64,000 bases of DNA from an uncultured bacterium (lineage in GTDB: Bacteria > Cyanobacteriota > Vampirovibrionia > Gastranaerophilales > Gastranaerophilaceae), in assembly GCA_949293185.1 (NCBI GenBank), contig CASFCQ010000006.1, forward strand, positions 3,389 to 67,388. The letters are read 5' to 3'. The notes under the pieces are model-generated. The model had not been told where the DNA came from and searched no databases. It saw only the letters and a list, made by a program, of their open reading frames with translations. Below are positions 47,901 to 55,977 of the stretch, in pieces. Each line of letters opens with the position of its first letter. Within the stretch, counting starts at the first letter, position 1. The translations under genes and the position numbers were made by a program.

Positions 47901-48006
47901 TATCAATGATTACTGATTCCGCCTCTTGTATATCATGCCCGCAGCGTGCACAATAGCCGATGCTTGTTTTACCTAAATCGAATGCAAATACTTTTTTATT
48001 TTCCAT
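44998..48006 (-). CDS. cas9: Cas9, compact (1002 aa) type II-C-like
   Basis: RuvC-I FAFDLGKTSIGY, Arg-rich bridge helix LRDRRRIFRTLNAHKAR, HNH EIDHIYPRTMGGNDALYNKVL and RuvC-III NDKHHALDAI. Start set at MENKK (ATG 48006, AGGGGG SD). Confidence 0.95.
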   Translation of the reverse strand: MENKKVFAFDLGKTSIGYCARCGHDIQEAESVIIDIDHADAASLRDRRRIFRTLNAHKAREKYFDKIWQDCNLEILSKDDKKFTKEFAAKGDSTIYNSCLLRIALLQNRKLEIWQIYKALHNAMQRRGYDPNLAWKSAQADDDKENLELAKKYTQENGEELIQNENYKYPCYYDALRLGMWSEDSPDEFKPFNPQQNFNKVRATNYVAPRNLVEKELTALWTNAQKQLPELKKYTPEEFLYGEYREAYGSYVNPDYRKYLGSEHDWQGVLGQKIPRFDNRIISKCKLLPKRNVCKANTLENVTLVLLLKLKNLRITNGSGDKVRLSPSDISTIYQNWLVKTEGRANKLDTTITKKEIEDVIGQKIIDKIEPMKADISGRSSFCRRACQIMIDIILSGELYPQNMEVSKYIDPQDTKDGITEEEIRTMLSKIGGWNNLYIPDNRNENAAIGENTREKTDLMIGGITNPVVRNRLQIFRDLLFYLAEKYGKPDEVIFEFVREGADNSLFGRIKAQSAESYMKNQEKENNQIKQELVDANALSPTNFEKAKLLKIQGGKCIYSGQPIAISDFDKCEIDHIYPRTMGGNDALYNKVLCFRAENQKKQGRTPYEWLSKDKEIWANYVNRLNDIKKQLGKKKYELLTSKPQDCEKLIESYNGLAETSHIAKIAQQITAFTFGWGLQVEGESRHIYVNNGSSTFAIRKRYGLNAILGDAEKKNRQNDKHHALDAICISYAREFKYDKTLNKDVIEGFNPDVVKKVIDGIIPYPYANKKALKSNTRPLETIYGKRIINGKACITNRVTLETLEPKDKKVRNIVDEAIKTDLLNKLEQKPSADEWYNYLKDYIHPKKKTKVKKVMIVVSEGTLEQDSNGRDRIGEYCDYGTKGTKGQFKCSKGHKGQILYYNDKGAVKVMPVYSNKKTQEVRDKLVEMGCKLYAGGQMFYSGCLVDIPNEFKAGTVTHPAGVYKLRTIKTNGVLKLESNNGIEIDSSVKNLTDANFKKHSS

Positions 48007-48029
48007 ACAACCCCCTGTATGATGAGGTA

Positions 48030-48038
48030 AGTATAACA
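48030..48038 (-). promoter_or_regulatory. extended -10 promoter TGTTATACT for cas9
   Basis: Lies in the 42-nt gap between the acyltransferase stop (48049-48051) and the cas9 ATG. The -35 is poor. Confidence 0.45.
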
Positions 48039-48048
48039 CATTGAGTTT

Positions 48049-48792
48049 TTAAATTCTATCTTTTATTACGGAATTTATACGGCGGCGAAGCCTGATTTCA
48101 TTGATGTCCGGAGTTTTAAAATCGTCAATGTTTATTGTGTCATTGATTTTCAGGTAATAGTTAACCGGCTTTTCTCCTGCGTCGTATATTTTTTGGTGTT
48201 TTGCAAGGAATTTATAATCACAGGTTATGTGCACGGGCACAATAGGCGCATTTGCATATATTGCAACTGAGGCTGCTCCGCTGTGGAGTTTTAGGTCTTC
48301 TCCTTCAACACTGCGTGTGCCTGTCGGGAAAATTATTACGTTATATCCTTCTGAAAGTGCGTGTTTTGCTTCTTCTTTAAGTGTGTCGTTATTTTCATCA
48401 TTTATAAGGTAGGTGGATTTTACGATGTTGCTCATAATCGGGTTTTTCTTTATTTCATTTTTTACAACACACAAGGTGTCGGGTATTAAGCCGATTAAAA
48501 GTACGATATCTATGTAGCTGGGGTGGTTTGCAACAATTACACTGCCTTTGAGTTGTGTTAAAAAATTTTTCTGTTCGTCTGTTACGTTAAATTTTATAGA
48601 ACCGGTTTTTTGCATAAAATCGCTGAAAAAAGCCCAGAGGTTATGCACAACACGACAAAAAACTTTGCGTCTGTTTTCTTTTTTTATAAACAAACTCATC
48701 AATGGTATTACGACAAGCCCGAGCACAAGCGAACCTGCTCCAAAAAAAATGAACGAAAAAACAACCACAAACGCACGGAAAAACCTTTTCAT
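48049..48792 (-). CDS. lysophospholipid / 1-acylglycerol-3-phosphate acyltransferase family (ApeD-like)
   Basis: 247 aa with an N-terminal TM segment, the HX4D motif NHPSYID and FPTGTRS. Confidence 0.85.
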   Translation of the reverse strand: MKRFFRAFVVVFSFIFFGAGSLVLGLVVIPLMSLFIKKENRRKVFCRVVHNLWAFFSDFMQKTGSIKFNVTDEQKNFLTQLKGSVIVANHPSYIDIVLLIGLIPDTLCVVKNEIKKNPIMSNIVKSTYLINDENNDTLKEEAKHALSEGYNVIIFPTGTRSVEGEDLKLHSGAASVAIYANAPIVPVHITCDYKFLAKHQKIYDAGEKPVNYYLKINDTINIDDFKTPDINEIRLRRRINSVIKDRI

Positions 48793-49431
48793 TTATGATT
48801 GACTCCTGACAATGAAAAATACTTTATCGCTGCTTGAAAAGCTGTCTGTTTTGCTTTCGCAAAAATTTTTAAAGTTTTCAAATTCGTTTCCGGCATCAAT
48901 CGCAGCGCTGCATGTGTTTGTACATAATTCGATTTTTACGGAGTCTTTTGTCGGTGTAGCAGAAATCAAACAGCCACAGGCTTTTAAATCTCTGTATGCA
49001 TCAGCAAAACAGTACAAGACCTCACTGCCTTTTTGCGCACACATAAGACTTTCCAAAAGCCCTGCACTAAAGGTGTTTTCTCCGGCAGCAAGCGCGTTAT
49101 AACTCTTTTTTATTTTGTTGAGCAAAGAAAACTGTCCTGCCACGCAGTTGTGAACAGATGTGCTGAAAGTGAAGGGAGAAACTTCGTTGTCCTCCTGATA
49201 CTGTGCTATTATTTTATCCAACCTGTCCAGTTCGCCGTATTGAGAGGCAAAAACAATTTCTGTTTCATTGCCGTTGTAGGCTTTGTGCATAACACTGAGC
49301 GCAGCTTTATCCACAAGGCTGAGTTTTCTCCTCGTCATAGGCGGCATAAAGGATAAATCAATAAGATTTTCTGCGTTTTGCCCGTCAATAAAATTTATGT
49401 TAGATATATAAAATACACTTTTTTCATTCAT
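48793..49431 (-). CDS. ketosynthase-like protein without full KS domain (chain-length-factor/ApeC-like)
   Basis: 212 aa, abutting the acyltransferase gene with no gap. Resembles a KS N-terminal fold. Assignment is by position in the cluster. Confidence 0.6.
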   Translation of the reverse strand: MNEKSVFYISNINFIDGQNAENLIDLSFMPPMTRRKLSLVDKAALSVMHKAYNGNETEIVFASQYGELDRLDKIIAQYQEDNEVSPFTFSTSVHNCVAGQFSLLNKIKKSYNALAAGENTFSAGLLESLMCAQKGSEVLYCFADAYRDLKACGCLISATPTKDSVKIELCTNTCSAAIDAGNEFENFKNFCESKTDSFSSSDKVFFIVRSQS

Positions 49432-49449
49432 GGTAGTATTATATCAAAT

Positions 49450-51063
49450 ATGGCAAATATTTCTATCACATCATACAGCGCAATTTGTGACCTCGGTACA
49501 AACGTAAAAGAAATTTTTGAAAACTCGCTTTTGGCGGGCAAAAATTTTTTTACGCCAGATGAAAATATTATAAAAGGTAAAAAACTTTATCTTGGCAAAG
49601 TCAGTGCTGTACTGCCAAAAATTAAAGAGGCAAAATTTGATACAAGGACAAATGCACTGCTGTTGCATTGCAGCAATGCAATACAAAACGATATTGACGC
49701 TGTTGTAAAAAAATACGGTAAAGACAGAATCGGTGTTGTTATTGGTACAACCAATGCCGGCGTTAACGAATATGAAAAAAGCCACGAGGTTTTCCACTCG
49801 CAAATAGGTTCTCCCGCTCTATTTTTAAAGGAGCATCTCGGGCTTAAAAGCTATTGCAGCGGAGTTTCTACAGCCTGCACCTCGGGAATAAAAGCCTTTT
49901 CAACGGGGGTAAAACTTCTTGAAAACGGAATCTGCGATGCTGTTTTATGCGGGGCGGCGGATGCTGTGTCTAAAGTTCCTGTATTCGGCTTTAGCGCACT
50001 TGAAGTTATGTCTCAATCAAACTGCAAACCGTTTTCTAAGAACAGAGACGGTATTAATATAGGCGAGGGCGCTGCTCTTTTTATACTGGAAAAAGATGTG
50101 AATAAAGGCATTAGAATACTCGGTATCGGAGAAACCTCCGATGCATACCACGGAGCAACCCCTGACCCTGAAGGTACTCAGGCTGCGGCAGCAATTACAC
50201 AGGCGCTTGAGCAGGCAGGATTAAAACCTGAAAATATTGATTACATCAACCTTCACGGCACAGGCACTGTATCAAATGATATTATGGAAGCAAATGCCGT
50301 GTACAAGGTTTTCAAAGATAAAGTGCCGGTCAGCTCTACAAAATCTTTGACCGGACATTGCCTCGGAGCATCATCCGGAGTGGAAAGCGCATTATGCCTT
50401 GCTTTTCTTGAGGACGAAATTAACAAAGAAAAATTTCTTATTCCTCACAATTTTGACGGGGTTTATGATGATACCCTGCCGGAGATAAAACTTGCCAAAC
50501 ACAATGAAAAGGCTGAAAATAACCGTTATGTTATGTGTAATGCATTCGGGTTCGGCGGTTCTAACGCGGTTATCATATTCGGCAAAAATCAAGCATCAGA
50601 GCAGAAGAGCGATTGTTTTGAAACAGACCTGTCAAAAATTTTGCCGCATGATGCGCCGATGATACTTATTGATAAAATTTTGGACGTGAATATTAAAGAA
50701 AATTACGTAAAAACGCAAGTTGAAATCAACAAAGACAAGGTCTTTTATGATGCCGCCATGGGCGGAGTTTCTCCGCTTGCAGGTATCGAGTTTATGGCTC
50801 AAACAATCGGATGTTATTCGTATTTTAAGCGCGGCGGCGGTGACCCCAAAATAGGTTTCCTTCTTGGCAGCCGTTCTTACAATTGTTCGCTCGAAAAATT
50901 TGAGAACGGAAAAAACTATGAAGTTATTGTAAGAGAAGTGTTTGGCGACAATGAACTTGTTTCGTTCGAGTGTTTTATCTATAATGATGGTATAGAATGT
51001 GCAAAAGCAGTGGTTAACGCATATCAGCCCGAAAATTTTGATAATTCCAAAATTGAACTTTAG
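49450..51063 (+). CDS. beta-ketoacyl-ACP synthase fused to hotdog dehydratase (ApeO+ApeP-like)
   Basis: KS active-site Cys in GVSTACTSG, His residues in HGTGT and GHCLGASS, and C-terminal ILPHDAPMILIDKI. Start moved to MANISITSY (49450). Confidence 0.85.
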   Translation: MANISITSYSAICDLGTNVKEIFENSLLAGKNFFTPDENIIKGKKLYLGKVSAVLPKIKEAKFDTRTNALLLHCSNAIQNDIDAVVKKYGKDRIGVVIGTTNAGVNEYEKSHEVFHSQIGSPALFLKEHLGLKSYCSGVSTACTSGIKAFSTGVKLLENGICDAVLCGAADAVSKVPVFGFSALEVMSQSNCKPFSKNRDGINIGEGAALFILEKDVNKGIRILGIGETSDAYHGATPDPEGTQAAAAITQALEQAGLKPENIDYINLHGTGTVSNDIMEANAVYKVFKDKVPVSSTKSLTGHCLGASSGVESALCLAFLEDEINKEKFLIPHNFDGVYDDTLPEIKLAKHNEKAENNRYVMCNAFGFGGSNAVIIFGKNQASEQKSDCFETDLSKILPHDAPMILIDKILDVNIKENYVKTQVEINKDKVFYDAAMGGVSPLAGIEFMAQTIGCYSYFKRGGGDPKIGFLLGSRSYNCSLEKFENGKNYEVIVREVFGDNELVSFECFIYNDGIECAKAVVNAYQPENFDNSKIEL

Positions 51064-51086
51064 CGGGTTTTGCGGGGGAGAATTAA

Positions 51087-51815
51087 ATGAGTAAAGAGAT
51101 ACTTGTAACCGGCTCGTCCAGAGGCATAGGCAAAGAAATAGCGCTTTATCTTGCAAACAACGGCTATGACATTGTTTTGCACTGTAGAAATAACATTGAA
51201 AAAGCACAGGAGGTTCAAAAACAAATTGAAGCAGCCGGACAAAAAGCACGGATTCTGCAATTTGACGTAAAAGACCGCAAAAAAAGTTTTGAAGCTCTTG
51301 AAAATGATATTAAACAAAACGGCGTTTATTTTGGGGTCGTACTCAACGCCGGCATTGCAAGAGATAACGTCTTTCCGATTATGACAGAAACAGAGTGGGA
51401 TGACGTTATAGACACAAACCTCGGCAGTTTTTATAACGTGCTAAAACCGGTTATTATGCCAATGATTGAAGAAAGAGTTAAAGGAAGAATCGTTACTTTA
51501 TCATCAATTTCGGGTTTAAGAGGCAACCGCGGACAGGTAAACTACAGTGCGTCTAAAGCCGGTATTATCGGTGCGACTAAAGCATTGAGCCTTGAACTTG
51601 CTAAAAGAGGAATAACGGTTAACTGTGTTGCTCCCGGTGTTATAGAATCTGATATGACAAAAGATTTACCAGTTGATGAAGTCAAAAAGCTCATCCCGAT
51701 GCGCCGTATGGGCACTTGTAAGGAAGTTGCAAGCCTTGTTAACTACCTTATGAGTGATGATGCATCATACATTACGGGTCAGGTAATTTCTGTCAACGGG
51801 GGGCTTTATTCGTGA
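51087..51815 (+). CDS. 3-oxoacyl-ACP reductase (SDR, ApeQ-like)
   Basis: 242 aa with TGSSRGIG, NAG and YSASKAG. Confidence 0.9.
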   Translation: MSKEILVTGSSRGIGKEIALYLANNGYDIVLHCRNNIEKAQEVQKQIEAAGQKARILQFDVKDRKKSFEALENDIKQNGVYFGVVLNAGIARDNVFPIMTETEWDDVIDTNLGSFYNVLKPVIMPMIEERVKGRIVTLSSISGLRGNRGQVNYSASKAGIIGATKALSLELAKRGITVNCVAPGVIESDMTKDLPVDEVKKLIPMRRMGTCKEVASLVNYLMSDDASYITGQVISVNGGLYS

Positions 51816-53044
51816 AAAGAGTTGTTGTTACCGGCATGGCGCTGGCAAGCCCTCTTGGCTGTAGCGTAAAAAATGCTTATGAAAGGCTTAAGCATTTGAA
51901 AAACTGTATTGAATATGAACCTGCCTATGAGGTATATCAACATCTAAACGCAAAGTTGTGCTCTAAAGTGCACGATTTTGTTGTGCCCGAACATTTTACC
52001 CGTAAGGTAACAAGGACAATGGGGCGCGTAGCTCTGATGAGTACAGTTGTCAGTGAACAGGCTCTTGATGATGCAGGACTTCTCGGCAATGAAATTATTT
52101 CGTCTGAAAATACAGGGGTAAGCTACGGGTCGTCGTCAGGTTCTTTAGATTCGATAATTGATTTTTACACAATGGAGGTTGAAAAAAAGGTCAAAGGCAT
52201 AAACTCAGGCTCTTACATAAAAATGATGCCTCAGACAACGAGTGTTAATATTTCTCTGTATTTTAAAACAAAGGGAAGACTTATTCCTTCTTCTACTGCT
52301 TGCACTTCCGGTTCAATGGGGATAGGTTATGCCTACGAAACTATAAAAAACGGGTATGAAACCGTTATGATAGCAGGCGGAGCGGAAGAACTGCATCCCA
52401 CACAAATAGCTGTTTTTGACACTCTGTATGCAACAAGCCAGAAAAATGACTGTCCTGAACTTACCCCGAGACCATTTGACAGAGACCGCGACGGTCTTGT
52501 TATAGGAGAAGGTGCAGGTACGTTGATACTGGAAGAATACGAGCACGCAAAAAAACGCGATGCCAAAATATATGCAGAAGTTATCGGTTTCGGCACAACA
52601 ACAGACGGCACGCACATAACTAACCCGAACCATGAAACAATGGGTAGTGCAATAAAAAGAGCGTTAAATGATGCTTGTATAAATCCCGATGAAATAGGAT
52701 ACATAAACGCACACGGTACGGCAACCCACAACGGGGATATTGCAGAAAGTATTGCGACCTACGATGTATTTAAAAGAAACGTTCCCATCAGTTCTATTAA
52801 AAGCTACACGGGCCACACACTCGGCGCATGCGGGGCAATAGAGGCAATTCTATCTATTGAAATGATGAACAACGGCTGGTTTTGCCCGACCTTAAACCTT
52901 GATAATGTCGATGATGAATGTGCACCTCTTGATTATATAAAGCAGAAGCAAAACGGCAGAGAAATATTAACCGATACTGTTATGTCGAATAACTTTGCTT
53001 TTGGCGGTATTAACACTTCTTTGATTTTCAAAAAGATTAACTAA
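51812..53044 (+). CDS. beta-ketoacyl-ACP synthase I/II-like (ApeR-like)
   Basis: 410 aa with a GTG start overlapping the upstream stop. Carries TACTSG, HGTAT and GHTLGACG. Confidence 0.9.
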   Translation: MKRVVVTGMALASPLGCSVKNAYERLKHLKNCIEYEPAYEVYQHLNAKLCSKVHDFVVPEHFTRKVTRTMGRVALMSTVVSEQALDDAGLLGNEIISSENTGVSYGSSSGSLDSIIDFYTMEVEKKVKGINSGSYIKMMPQTTSVNISLYFKTKGRLIPSSTACTSGSMGIGYAYETIKNGYETVMIAGGAEELHPTQIAVFDTLYATSQKNDCPELTPRPFDRDRDGLVIGEGAGTLILEEYEHAKKRDAKIYAEVIGFGTTTDGTHITNPNHETMGSAIKRALNDACINPDEIGYINAHGTATHNGDIAESIATYDVFKRNVPISSIKSYTGHTLGACGAIEAILSIEMMNNGWFCPTLNLDNVDDECAPLDYIKQKQNGREILTDTVMSNNFAFGGINTSLIFKKIN

Positions 53045-53055
53045 AATTTCATAAC

Positions 53056-53086
53056 AAAAAGACTCCGTTTATCGCGGAGTCTTTTT
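53056..53086. terminator. bidirectional terminator between APE cluster and fabG
   Basis: AAAAAGACTCCG-loop-CGGAGTCTTTTT. Confidence 0.75.
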
Positions 53087-53106
53087 ATATAGCCAAAATT
53101 TAAAAA

Positions 53107-53838
53107 TTATACAACCAAACCGCCGTCAACACCTATAACCTGACCTGTAATATAAGGTGCATCCTCAGCAAGGAATCTTACTGCTTTTGCAATATCTTCC
53201 GGTTGTCCGAGACGTTTTAAAGGGATGTGTTCGGCAATTTTTTCAGTATCCAAATCCTTTGTCATATCGGTTTGGATAAACCCGGGTGCTATTGCGTTAA
53301 CTCTGATATTACGAGAGCCAAGCTCTTTAGCAAGCGATTTTGTAAAGCCGATTAAGCCTGCTTTTGCTGCGGAATAGTTTGCCTGACCGGCATTGCCCAT
53401 AACCCCTACTATACTTGACATATTAATAATACAGCCGCTTCTTTGTTTAATCATTGTTTTGATGGCAGGGCTTGTCATATAAAACGCACTGCTGAGGTTT
53501 GTGTTGATAACAGCTTCCCAGTTTTCCGCACTCATACGCATAAACAAACCGTCGCGTGTTATGCCTGCATTGTTAACAAGTACATCCAACTTTCCAAAAT
53601 CAGCAAGGACTTCTTCAACAGCTTTAGCACAAGCTTCTTTATCTGACACGTCAAACTTATAAGCTTTAGCATTTACTCCTAAATCTTTTAACTCTGTAAC
53701 AGTTTTGTTAGCAGCTTCTTCATTTCCTGCATAACTCACGGCAACATCATAACCTGCTTTTGCAAGTTCTATAGCGCATGCTTTGCCTATACCTCTTGAT
53801 GCACCGGTAACAAGTGCAACTTTTTTATCTTCTGACAT
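53107..53838 (-). CDS. fabG: 3-oxoacyl-ACP reductase
   Basis: 243 aa with TGASRGIG, NNAG and YSAAKAG. Lies in the fabH-fabD-fabG context. Confidence 0.93.
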   Translation of the reverse strand: MSEDKKVALVTGASRGIGKACAIELAKAGYDVAVSYAGNEEAANKTVTELKDLGVNAKAYKFDVSDKEACAKAVEEVLADFGKLDVLVNNAGITRDGLFMRMSAENWEAVINTNLSSAFYMTSPAIKTMIKQRSGCIINMSSIVGVMGNAGQANYSAAKAGLIGFTKSLAKELGSRNIRVNAIAPGFIQTDMTKDLDTEKIAEHIPLKRLGQPEDIAKAVRFLAEDAPYITGQVIGVDGGLVV

Positions 53839-53848
53839 ATAACTCTCC

Positions 53849-54796
53849 TTATTTTGAAATAACTAACGAATTTAAGCTTTCTGCTGCAACTTTTAACGAT
53901 TCTTCGTCATAAACATTTAATACATTCAACGACGGATTAATCTTTTTGCACAAACCGGCAAGAACCTTACCCGGACCAATTTCCACAATCGTATCAACAC
54001 CGTCTTTAACCATTTTTTCTACTGTTTGTGTCCACATAACAGAAGAATAAATCTGCGCTGTCATTTTTGACTTAAATCTTATTGCGCTTGTTGTAGGTTC
54101 AGCATCAACGTTTGTAAATACCGGAATTTTTGCGTCTTTAATATCACAATCATCTAAAATTTCAGAAAATTTGACACTTGCGTTATTCATTAATGCACTG
54201 TGGAAACCGCCTGACACAGGCAGAGGAATAACTCTTTTTGCTCCGGCTTCTTTTAAAGCTTCATTTGCTTTTTCTACAGCCTCTGCTTCACCTGTAATAA
54301 CAATCTGAGCGGGAGAGTTGTAGTTTGCAACTGACACAATGCCGTCTATTCTGCTGATTATATCAGCGATTTTATCTTTGTCCATACCGATAATGGCAGT
54401 CATTGCACCCTTTGTTGCTTCTGCAGCATTGTTCATTTCAGTTGCACGTTTGTCGATTAATTTCATTGCTGTAGCAAAATCAACCACACCTGCGGCGTAG
54501 TATGCACCGTATTCGCCAAGAGAATGCCCTGCTACATAATCAGGTTTAATATCAGTTTTTTCTTTTAAAGCTTCAAGAGCGGCAATTGATGTAACAAGAA
54601 TTGCCGGCTGAGTATTTATTGTTAATTTAAGCTCTTCTTCAGGTCCTTCAAAACACAATTTAGAAATGTTTCTGCCAAGAACTTCATCCGCTTTTTCGAA
54701 AATTTCTTTTGCAGCTGAACTGCTATCATACAAAGATTTTCCCATGCCGACAGACTGTGAACCCTGACCGGGGAATACGAATGCAACTTTTCCCAT
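53849..54796 (-). CDS. fabD: malonyl-CoA:ACP transacylase
   Basis: 315 aa with FPGQGSQ and GHSLGEY. Confidence 0.95.
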   Translation of the reverse strand: MGKVAFVFPGQGSQSVGMGKSLYDSSSAAKEIFEKADEVLGRNISKLCFEGPEEELKLTINTQPAILVTSIAALEALKEKTDIKPDYVAGHSLGEYGAYYAAGVVDFATAMKLIDKRATEMNNAAEATKGAMTAIIGMDKDKIADIISRIDGIVSVANYNSPAQIVITGEAEAVEKANEALKEAGAKRVIPLPVSGGFHSALMNNASVKFSEILDDCDIKDAKIPVFTNVDAEPTTSAIRFKSKMTAQIYSSVMWTQTVEKMVKDGVDTIVEIGPGKVLAGLCKKINPSLNVLNVYDEESLKVAAESLNSLVISK

Positions 54797-54964
54797 CTTA
54801 TATATATCTCCTTAATTAATCTTGAACTAAATCATATTTATAAAACATTTATTTTTTTGCTGTTTTTTATCCATATTGGTATTTAAAAAAAACAAAACCT
54901 GCTGACAAACCTGGCTGTCCTATTATTAACGCAAATATTATTCTAACATTTATTTGCTATTTTG

Positions 54965-55972
54965 TTATGCAATGCCTTCTCTCAGCCTTACGATAACAGT
55001 TCCCCAGGTCAGACCTGCGCCAAAACCGCTCAAGATAGCTTTGCATGGAAGTTTGATTTTTCCTTCTTCAATTCCCTCTGCCATTGCTATAGGTATTGAT
55101 GCGGCAGAAGTGTTGCCGTATTTTTGAAGGTTAACAATGATTTTGTCATCGCTGTAGTTTAATCTGGAAGCCATTGCCTCGATAATTCTGTAGTTAGCCT
55201 GATGAGGAATCAAATAATCAACATCATCAGGTGTCAATCCTGCTTTTTCAAGACAGTTGCTGATAGATTCAGGCATAGTCGTTACAACAAACTTGTAAAC
55301 CTCACGACCGTTCATAACAATTTTCTGTTTTTGAGGAGCACATGGCTCAACCAAAGGACAGTTTTCACCATTCATAGGCATTTTGATAAAATCGCCGTCT
55401 TTTCCGTTAGAGTGCATGTCCATAGCAATTATATCATCAACTCCGTCAACAGATTCTTTCATAACAAGAGCTCCTGCCCCGTCACCGAAAAGCACACAGC
55501 TTGTTCTGTCGTACCAGTCAATAAATTTAGAGTTTGCATCTGTTGCAACAAGCAAAATATTTTTATAGATACCTGAAGAAATAAAAGCCTTAGCAATATT
55601 CATCGCATAAATCATGCCTGTGCAGGCGGCTGTAATATCATAAGCAGCAGCATTATCAGCACCGATAGCAGCCTGAATTTCACACGCAGTGGAAGGATAA
55701 GGATGAGCAGGAACGGATGCGGCTGCGATAATCATATCGATATCCATCGGGTTCATTTTTGCTTTTTCAAGCGCATTTTTTGCTGCTTTGATACCTAAAG
55801 TAACCGCATTTTCTTCACCTGAAACAACACGGCGTTCTTTAATGCCGGTTCTTGTTGTAATCCACTCGTCGCTTGTGTCAACAAGTTTTGTTAAATCGTC
55901 GTTTGTTATTACTGTATCGGGTACACCGTAACCTACGCCTGCAATCATTACAGGAATTAAATTTAATGACAT
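54965..55972 (-). CDS. fabH: beta-ketoacyl-ACP synthase III
   Basis: 335 aa with ACTG, HQAN and GNTSAAS. Confidence 0.95.
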   Translation of the reverse strand: MSLNLIPVMIAGVGYGVPDTVITNDDLTKLVDTSDEWITTRTGIKERRVVSGEENAVTLGIKAAKNALEKAKMNPMDIDMIIAAASVPAHPYPSTACEIQAAIGADNAAAYDITAACTGMIYAMNIAKAFISSGIYKNILLVATDANSKFIDWYDRTSCVLFGDGAGALVMKESVDGVDDIIAMDMHSNGKDGDFIKMPMNGENCPLVEPCAPQKQKIVMNGREVYKFVVTTMPESISNCLEKAGLTPDDVDYLIPHQANYRIIEAMASRLNYSDDKIIVNLQKYGNTSAASIPIAMAEGIEEGKIKLPCKAILSGFGAGLTWGTVIVRLREGIA

Positions 55973-55977
55973 AAAAA

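Noticed and set aside
48007-48039. N-terminal extensions proposed by the ORF track for cas9 (MLYLPHHTGGC), cadA (22035-22091), the KS-DH gene (49378-49449) and 59298-59351.
   Set aside because: In each case an internal ATG with a good SD aligns with the expected family N-terminus, and the upstream extension overlaps promoter or intergenic elements.
48030-48060. The cas9 promoter region (minus strand GAATTTAAAAACTCAATGTGTTATACT) resembles the 3' part of the CRISPR repeat (TTAATTTAAAATATGTTATAAT). This suggests a repeat-derived promoter or a tracrRNA-guided autoregulation site.
   Set aside because: The similarity is limited to AATTTAAAA plus TGTTATA, with a 5-6-nt gap, in an AT-rich genome where any extended -10 looks alike. 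It is not distinguishable from chance without comparative data.
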